31,005 nt of DNA from positions 1 to 31,005 of the IMG/VR virus record IMGVR_UViG_3300032218_000766. One strand, written 5' to 3'. Both the position numbers and the translations under genes were made by a program. Under the pieces are notes generated by a model. It saw only the letters and a list, made by a program, of their open reading frames with translations. It had not been told where the DNA came from and did not search any database. The stretch is from a virus. Its lineage: Duplodnaviria; Caudoviricetes. This document shows, piece by piece, positions 24,868-31,005 of the stretch. The number at the start of each line of letters is the position of its first letter. Position 1 is the first letter of the stretch.

Positions 24868-26442
24868 ATGCAAGACGAATTAGACGCAACAAATCCAGGA
24901 ATGGAGCCACAGGCTAACGCAGAAGTAGTAGGATTAGATAACGGAGAAATAGATCAAGAAGGCGCAATGGCCAAAGCTGATTTATTTAAGTTGGCCAACT
25001 ACAGCTATAAACTATTCAAGAAAATTCAAGATGATGATCAACTTGAAGCTTGGGTACAAGCTAAGATCACTAAAGCTGCCGACTATATTGCCAGCGTATA
25101 TCACTATTTAGAATATGAAATGGAGTTTAGCGACTACGGTCATAAACTAGATAACAGTGATGTATTAAGCGAAAGCCAAAAAGCCGCTCTTAAGAGCAAG
25201 TTAATGGAAGCTAAGGCTAAGGTTGCAGAACTTAAGAAAGCACAAGCTGAAAAAGTTAAAGAAGAAAAATCTTCAACTGGTGGTGAAATCACTCGCTTTA
25301 AAAATGACAAGGGTCAAAACGTAACCCGTCATACACACAATCCAGATCGTTTTACTGATGAGCCGCACGGCGAGATTGCAAGCAAAGCTAAATCACAAAG
25401 TGCTGCCGAAAAAGCAGGTGACAAGGCAGCTGACAAAGCCGCTGAAAAAGAAGGCAAGGCATGGGAAAAGCGTTTTGGCAAAGGTTCAGTAACTCGTGTT
25501 AAAGACGGTAAGAAAGTTGACGAAGCACTTAAAGGTGATCAGAAAAAACTAGACGTTGACGGTGATAAGAAAATTGAAAAATCAGATCTAGCTGCCTTAC
25601 GTGCTGGTAAGAAAGAGAAAAAAGTTAATGAAGCTGCCAAGTGCAACCATACAGACAAAGGCGAGAAGTGTCCAGTACATGGACTAAAAGAATGTGGCAT
25701 GTATGAAGCCGCACCTCGCGGGCAAAAAAGTCAAGACTCTGCTATGAAAGTAAATCAAATTGGCAAAAGCAAAAGCCCCGGTGCAAACTTAAAGCAAAGC
25801 GCAGAGGACGCTCTCGAAAAAGGCAACCATAAAAAGATCGATCAAATACATCAATATGCAACGACTACTACTTCTACAGGTAGAGCAAAAAAAGTTTCCG
25901 AAGGTAACAAGTTTGATCCGTTGAAGCATGTTAAGAATCCTACACAAGGCGAGAAGGATGCTGCCAAAGATGTTAAGCGTGGTAGCTATGCAGATCGTGC
26001 AGCCATGTTAAAGTCAGCAGAAAAAGATGGTAGATTAAAAGAAGCAGGCAAACCAAGTGCAGGTATGAGCGCAGGTGCTAAGTCAGCATTGGCTAAGAAA
26101 GCAGCCGCAGGTGGTGACATTGGTAAACCAGGTAAGAGCTTTGACAAAGTAGCCAAGGCTGCTGGTGGTGGTGAGAAAGGTAAGAAGATTGCCGCTGCCG
26201 CTATGTGGAAGAATGCCGCTAAGAACGAATCTTTAGATCCAGTCGGTAAAGAAGATAACGACATCGACAACGATGGTGATAGCGATAAAAGCGACAAGTA
26301 CTTAAAGAATCGTAGAGCCGCAGTAGGCAAGGCAGTTGGTTCTGAAAAGAAAGTTAAAGAAGCACAATCTTCTGTATACGCTGTAAATGAATCAGTTGAA
26401 CTAAATCGTCTTAAAGCATTGGTCCAACATTTAAACGGATAA
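24868..26442 (+). CDS. Lys/Ala-rich modular protein, putative prohead-core/internal polyprotein
   Basis: About ten [VLM]-x-E junctions separate 25-85 aa modules. Confidence 0.7.
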   Translation: MQDELDATNPGMEPQANAEVVGLDNGEIDQEGAMAKADLFKLANYSYKLFKKIQDDDQLEAWVQAKITKAADYIASVYHYLEYEMEFSDYGHKLDNSDVLSESQKAALKSKLMEAKAKVAELKKAQAEKVKEEKSSTGGEITRFKNDKGQNVTRHTHNPDRFTDEPHGEIASKAKSQSAAEKAGDKAADKAAEKEGKAWEKRFGKGSVTRVKDGKKVDEALKGDQKKLDVDGDKKIEKSDLAALRAGKKEKKVNEAAKCNHTDKGEKCPVHGLKECGMYEAAPRGQKSQDSAMKVNQIGKSKSPGANLKQSAEDALEKGNHKKIDQIHQYATTTTSTGRAKKVSEGNKFDPLKHVKNPTQGEKDAAKDVKRGSYADRAAMLKSAEKDGRLKEAGKPSAGMSAGAKSALAKKAAAGGDIGKPGKSFDKVAKAAGGGEKGKKIAAAAMWKNAAKNESLDPVGKEDNDIDNDGDSDKSDKYLKNRRAAVGKAVGSEKKVKEAQSSVYAVNESVELNRLKALVQHLNG

Positions 26443-26446
26443 TATT

Positions 26447-27148
26447 ATGTTAATGCGCGATCTACTCAACATTGTTAATGAAGGTGAACATCCTCAGGTA
26501 GCACAACTACAACAGTTAATGGCTACTGCTAAAGAACCCTGGGAGGCAGCCCAATATAAATGGCGTCTTGAAAATCTAAAAAATTCTATAGACTTAGGCA
26601 GGGGCGCACCAGCCGGTGCCGATGGACAACTAAAGCCAGTTGTGGATGCACGTACATGGATGAAACAAAATCCTAGTCTAGTAAAAGAACTACCATCCGA
26701 AGCACTTCCGCCAGAAATGCAAAAGCCTGGGATATTAGATAAAATCAAAGGTGCGTTTTCTGATTCAACTAAGATGGAAGCTCCGAGTAATGATCCCGAA
26801 GTTGAGCGTAGGATGGCCGAGTTTGGCAAAAATCTTGCTCAACAAGATGCTCAAGATACAGCAGGTGATACTAAAAGTAAACCAATGTCATATGACGATC
26901 TTGTTAATACTATTACAAATGGTGGTAAGTTAACCGGCACTGTTGGGCCAAATATTAATAAAGACGTTCCTCAAGATTTTAAAAAGAAACCTTACACAGG
27001 CGGCAGTACTACAGATATTCCCACTAACCACGAAGCTGGGCCAAATGCTCCTAGACAACCAAATCCTTCAATGCAAGGAGGACAGTTTAAAAAGGCATTT
27101 GAAAGTGCAGAACTAGAACAGGTATTGAAGATTGCAGGATTAAAATAA
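26447..27148 (+). CDS. Hypothetical protein, putative internal head protein
   Basis: MLMRDLLNIVNE leader and C-terminal FE|SAELEQVLKIAGLK. Confidence 0.7.
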   Translation: MLMRDLLNIVNEGEHPQVAQLQQLMATAKEPWEAAQYKWRLENLKNSIDLGRGAPAGADGQLKPVVDARTWMKQNPSLVKELPSEALPPEMQKPGILDKIKGAFSDSTKMEAPSNDPEVERRMAEFGKNLAQQDAQDTAGDTKSKPMSYDDLVNTITNGGKLTGTVGPNINKDVPQDFKKKPYTGGSTTDIPTNHEAGPNAPRQPNPSMQGGQFKKAFESAELEQVLKIAGLK

Positions 27149-27149
27149 T

Positions 27150-28826
27150 ATGGATATGAAGCGTATACTACAGGCGATGGATGGTGTTGCTACAAAACCT
27201 GTAGTAGGCGCTAGCGACATGTCTCGATTTCTTCGCGTGGTTAAAGAAGCTGATTTAAATCAGTTAGAGGCAGTAGGCGAGTTCGCCGCTGACCCTAAAC
27301 AGCAAGCAGTGATGTTTTTACAATATCATACTGGTATGTTTGATCCAGCAACATTGCCTAAAGTTATGGGCATTACTCCAAACTTGCAACTAGCAGTACA
27401 ACCTCCCCCTCCTGGGTCATCTGGATCTCATGAAGAGACGTTAGCCTACTTGTCGGCAGCTAACAAAAAACTACCTAAAGAACTACAAGTTAGTTGGGAA
27501 GAGTTAAAAAAGATAGGCGGCGTTAGTGACACTATTGCATTAACAGGAGAACCACATCCTGACAAATATAATCCAGCAACTGATCCAGTGCAAGATGAAG
27601 ATACTGTAAGTCCTAGATTTATGGGGTATCAAAAAACACAACATGATAATGGCGACACTACTGATGATTATGACGAAGGGCCATTACGTGTAACGCAACG
27701 TCATGATGCAAAAGGGAATGTTGTTTCTAATAAGATAAGCAGTGATCTAGGTGTAGGCAAGGCAACTGTTGGTCAAGAAAACGGCATTACAAGTAAAGAG
27801 TGGCAACCTAATGATCCAGATGGCGATGTTATTAGTACCAAGGATATGTATGCTATGGGCAACAAGTCTAAAGAAGCTACATATAATCGTGCAATGGCTC
27901 AAGTTAAAAATTCTTCTGTACAAGAAAACAACCTTAGTAAGTTTTTATCAATCGTAAAACAACATGATGTTAAAGTTTTAAACGAAGGTACTAGCCCACA
28001 CAAAGTTACATTACCAGTTCAAATGGCAATGCAACACTATAGTAAGCCAGTTAAAGAAGAAAGAGTTAAAGGTCCAAGTTTAATTGGCCCGTACATGAAA
28101 CTTGTTGAATCTCGTGTAACTGAAACTGAAGAACAAAGAAAACAATCAATACAAAAAAAAGCTAAACAAGTAGCAGAACGTGTATTGAATAAGAAGGTCA
28201 AAGAAGTAACTGATACAAGTATGAGACCGCCAGCAGAAAGTCCAGCAGTACAGGGCATTGGCGCAGCCGGTGTTGCCTATGTAGGAAAGCTAGCTCAACA
28301 GTTTGCATTAGCAAACAAAATTGATATTCCTCCTGCTATAATGAAAAAGATTATTGATCGTGCATTGATCAAAGCGTTTCCTGGACTCAATGTAGGATTT
28401 AGTGCATTAGATGCCGTGGATCGCATTTTTAATGATCATGATTATTTAGGTGCGGCAATGGCCATGGTTAGTGGTATTGTTGGAATAGAACCTGGGCCTG
28501 GAACTGTTGCGGCTATAATATTAGATGTAACTAATCAAATAAGAGACTATAGAGATAAAAGAGGATTGTTTGCGGCGGGTGGTATGCTTAATCCTGAAAC
28601 TCCAACAAAATCTGTAGAACCAAAATATCCAAAACAAGATTTCAATACAACACCTGGTGGTGCGGCAACTGGTTATCCTAACGCAACCAACAGAGCTAAG
28701 AGTATTCAAGAAACTAAAAAGAAAAAAGGTGCCGACGGTAAGGCTTGCTGGAAAGGTTACAAGTATGCAGGCACTAAAAACGGTAAAGATAAATGTATTC
28801 CAGTAAACGAAGGGGATGAACAATAA
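27150..28826 (+). CDS. Modular protein, putative internal head polyprotein
   Basis: MDMKRIL leader, many V-x-E junctions, a Gly-rich hydrophobic hairpin and a C-terminal CWKGYK...C module. Confidence 0.7.
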   Translation: MDMKRILQAMDGVATKPVVGASDMSRFLRVVKEADLNQLEAVGEFAADPKQQAVMFLQYHTGMFDPATLPKVMGITPNLQLAVQPPPPGSSGSHEETLAYLSAANKKLPKELQVSWEELKKIGGVSDTIALTGEPHPDKYNPATDPVQDEDTVSPRFMGYQKTQHDNGDTTDDYDEGPLRVTQRHDAKGNVVSNKISSDLGVGKATVGQENGITSKEWQPNDPDGDVISTKDMYAMGNKSKEATYNRAMAQVKNSSVQENNLSKFLSIVKQHDVKVLNEGTSPHKVTLPVQMAMQHYSKPVKEERVKGPSLIGPYMKLVESRVTETEEQRKQSIQKKAKQVAERVLNKKVKEVTDTSMRPPAESPAVQGIGAAGVAYVGKLAQQFALANKIDIPPAIMKKIIDRALIKAFPGLNVGFSALDAVDRIFNDHDYLGAAMAMVSGIVGIEPGPGTVAAIILDVTNQIRDYRDKRGLFAAGGMLNPETPTKSVEPKYPKQDFNTTPGGAATGYPNATNRAKSIQETKKKKGADGKACWKGYKYAGTKNGKDKCIPVNEGDEQ

Positions 28827-29263
28827 TGGACGATTTAAAACAAGGTATGAAAGTGGCGTTAGCCAATACCTTTTTATTTTATATGAAAGCACATCACTTT
28901 CACTGGAATGTTGAAGGACCGCTATTTCTACAACTACACGAGTTATTTGAAAAAATTTACAGTGAAGTATATGGAAGTGTAGACCAGTTTGGAGAAGAAA
29001 TACGTGCATTAGGATCATATGCTCCAATGAGCATTGGTAGATTTAGTGAGTTATCTATACTCGAAGAACCTCAAGGTGTTGTTCCTGCGCAAGAAATGGT
29101 TACACAACTAATGGCTGATAATAATGCTATCTTAGAAATTATTGCTAAAGTTTACGAACTTGCAGAACAAAACGGTGCTCACGGACTAAGTAACTTTTTA
29201 GCAGAGCGTCAAGACGCACACAAAAAACACGCATGGATGTTAAGAGCAACCAGTAAATCATAA
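28826..29263 (+). CDS. dps: Dps-family mini-ferritin
   Basis: KAHHFHWNVEGPLFLQLHELFE, VDQFGEEIRALG and KHAWMLRA. The ferroxidase His, His, Asp and Glu residues are present. Confidence 0.93.
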   Translation: MDDLKQGMKVALANTFLFYMKAHHFHWNVEGPLFLQLHELFEKIYSEVYGSVDQFGEEIRALGSYAPMSIGRFSELSILEEPQGVVPAQEMVTQLMADNNAILEIIAKVYELAEQNGAHGLSNFLAERQDAHKKHAWMLRATSKS

Positions 29264-29275
29264 TCGGAAATAATC

Positions 29276-31005
29276 ATGGATATTAGAAACTTATTAGATA
29301 AACTAAACACAATAGAAACAAAACAAGTTATTGCTGAGGCATTAACATTAGCCGACGTTGCCGCTGTTGAAAAACAAGCCGCAGACGCCGCTGCCGCTGT
29401 TAAACAACAAGGTGGTTGGAGTGGGTTCACTGGTTGGGATCCAAAAACAGCTGGAGATATTGCTTTATCTGGATTAGCTAGTAAGAATGGTCTTCCAGGA
29501 TTAATGAATAGCAAAGGTGAGTTTGTTGTTGCTGGTGATGGTAAAACAAAACCACAACTTGCGCCACCAAACGCAGACGATACAAGAGCATTACAAGCCG
29601 CAGGACTTATTCCTAGTAATGCAGAAGGTCCTGCAGGATTAACTAACTTCTTAAGCGGTGGTAAGGCACAACAAGAGTTTGGTGCTGCCAAAACTGCTTC
29701 TATGAAGACTAATGCCACTAATACTAGTAACGCATTTATCGCTAAGAAACTTCCTGAGCTTAAGGCACTTGTTGATAAGTTAAAAGCTTCGGTAGTTAAA
29801 GAATCTCTAGCATTTGGTGGCATTGATGCTAAAATGATTGTAGAAAGTTTAGGATTTATTCTTAATGAGGAGGAAGCTCCTGCTGCCGCTCCTGCTGCCG
29901 CTCCTGCTGCCGCAGACGATGGCGGAAAAGCTGAGTTGATTAAACAAATACAAGCTATCATGTCTGAACTTGCAGACATCGATGATCCAGCAGTTATATC
30001 CGCTCTTCAAGATGCACAGGCAGCAATCGATGCTGTTAATAAACCTGCTGCCGGTGGCAACGATAAACAAGCCGATCGAGCAAAAATGCAAGAACTTATT
30101 GATGCTACTAAAAAACCACCAGTAGCAGTTGATGAAAATCTAGGTGAAGAGGGCGGCGAACCAACGACTAGAAGAATTACTCCAGGTCAAGAAACTCCTC
30201 CCGGTATTAATAGATTAACAGGAAAACCTATCGAACCAGAAGCTCCGGCAGCTCCGGCAGCGCCAGGCGTTTCTCTATCAAGCCGATATGGCCCGGGTTA
30301 TGAGGGCAGTCCGGAACCTTATATGATTACAGTAAGCGGCAAAAACTACAAGTTTGCAGGACGTGATAAAACTGGTCCAGGTACAGGTACTATTGTTAAA
30401 GTACCTGGTGGTGCTGTTGGTATTCGTGGTCTTGCACCTGTTAGTGTTGAACTTGGTGCTGACGGTATGTTTTATACAGCGCCGCCAGCTAACGAATCAC
30501 TAAGTGAATCAGAAAAGATTGCCAAACTAAGAAATCGTCTTGACTCTATTTTAAATGAGTTAAATCCTGCTCGTCTACCTGCTACTATTGAAAAAGGTGT
30601 AGAGGCTGGTACTGATGTCATAAACACAATGCGTAGAGATAGACCAGGCGCACTTCCAGGCGGTCCAGATGTAGGTTCTCCAACCAGCAGTGGCGGCACA
30701 CGTTTTGACAATCCTAGCGGAACTGTACACTTTGGTAGTGCAGATAATCCCAACAGAGCCGCAGAAGTGCCAATGGGTGGCCAAGGAACAGGTATTGATC
30801 CAAAACGTTTACCTAATCCAGGAAGCAGTAACCCGGGTACCGGTCTTAGATTAGATGCACCAAGTGCCCCTGGTATACGTATGCCTGGTGATGCGGGTGC
30901 TGGTCGAGGCAGTGCCACAGATCCACGTAGAACTGATTGGAGAGGTCCAGCAGCCGGAGCTACCGCAGTAGGCACAGCAGTAGGTGTTGGTTCATATCTA
31001 ACCAA
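29276..31005 (+). CDS. Large Ala/Gly/Pro-rich modular protein, 3'-truncated (not in the ORF track)
   Basis: ATG 29276 opens a frame (MDIRNLLDKLNTIETKQVIAE...) with no stop before the window end (more than 576 codons). Same leader type and [VLI]-x-E junctions as its neighbours. Confidence 0.85.
   Translation, partial: MDIRNLLDKLNTIETKQVIAEALTLADVAAVEKQAADAAAAVKQQGGWSGFTGWDPKTAGDIALSGLASKNGLPGLMNSKGEFVVAGDGKTKPQLAPPNADDTRALQAAGLIPSNAEGPAGLTNFLSGGKAQQEFGAAKTASMKTNATNTSNAFIAKKLPELKALVDKLKASVVKESLAFGGIDAKMIVESLGFILNEEEAPAAAPAAAPAAADDGGKAELIKQIQAIMSELADIDDPAVISALQDAQAAIDAVNKPAAGGNDKQADRAKMQELIDATKKPPVAVDENLGEEGGEPTTRRITPGQETPPGINRLTGKPIEPEAPAAPAAPGVSLSSRYGPGYEGSPEPYMITVSGKNYKFAGRDKTGPGTGTIVKVPGGAVGIRGLAPVSVELGADGMFYTAPPANESLSESEKIAKLRNRLDSILNELNPARLPATIEKGVEAGTDVINTMRRDRPGALPGGPDVGSPTSSGGTRFDNPSGTVHFGSADNPNRAAEVPMGGQGTGIDPKRLPNPGSSNPGTGLRLDAPSAPGIRMPGDAGAGRGSATDPRRTDWRGPAAGATAVGTAVGVGSYLT
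29876..29911 (+). repeat. Tandem repeat (GCTCCTGCTGCC)x3 encoding APAA
   Basis: Three exact 12-nt copies in frame within the last CDS. Confidence 0.9.

Noticed and set aside
62-28258. Numerous 60-130 aa alternative-frame and antisense ORFs in the track
   Set aside because: They lie within well-supported genes and have no SD, promoter or recognisable motif.
29209-29979. 256-aa minus-strand ORF (also 30472-31005 and 28521-29027)
   Set aside because: These are antisense shadows of + strand genes (the unlisted ORF from 29276, and the 558-aa gene and dps), which fit the operon and its leader pattern.
1-31005. Possible stop-codon reassignment: none of the 36 complete genes I called ends in TAG
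   Set aside because: Conserved proteins (ClpA, clamp loader, PhoH, DnaJ) are full length in the standard code with no in-frame TAG or TGA breaks. TAG is commonly rare in AT-rich phages, so there is no positive evidence of recoding.

Overview
AT-rich, gene-dense segment of a large (jumbo-type, T4-related myovirus-like) phage genome. Nearly all genes are on the + strand. A two-component spanin and consensus sigma70 promoters point to a Gram-negative host. From left to right: (1) 1-8608, a tail-fibre/baseplate structural block that includes a papain-like C1A peptidase. (2) 8619-12440, a 170-aa N-terminal palm fragment of a DNA polymerase III alpha (DnaE), a GroES-like co-chaperonin, a clamp-loader ATPase and dCMP deaminase. 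(3) phoH on the - strand with a structured, switch-like 5' leader. (4) A lysis cassette: GH19 endolysin, i-spanin, o-spanin, a 3TM-type holin with an FG-rich tail, and a small periplasmic protein. (5) Sigma70-driven dnaJ and clpA. (6) 20767-31005, a late-promoter-driven cluster of proteins with a shared short N-terminal leader ending in Glu, built from short modules separated by [VLI]-x-E motifs. I interpret these as head-packaged, protease-processed polyproteins. The cluster also carries a ligase-superfamily (KxDG) protein, an HxGH nucleotidyltransferase and a Dps. Two promoter classes are visible: TTGACA-N16/17-TAnnnT (early) and TAAATA (T4-like late). I saw no tRNA, rRNA, CRISPR array or mobile element. 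All family assignments come from motifs read by eye; no database search was run.
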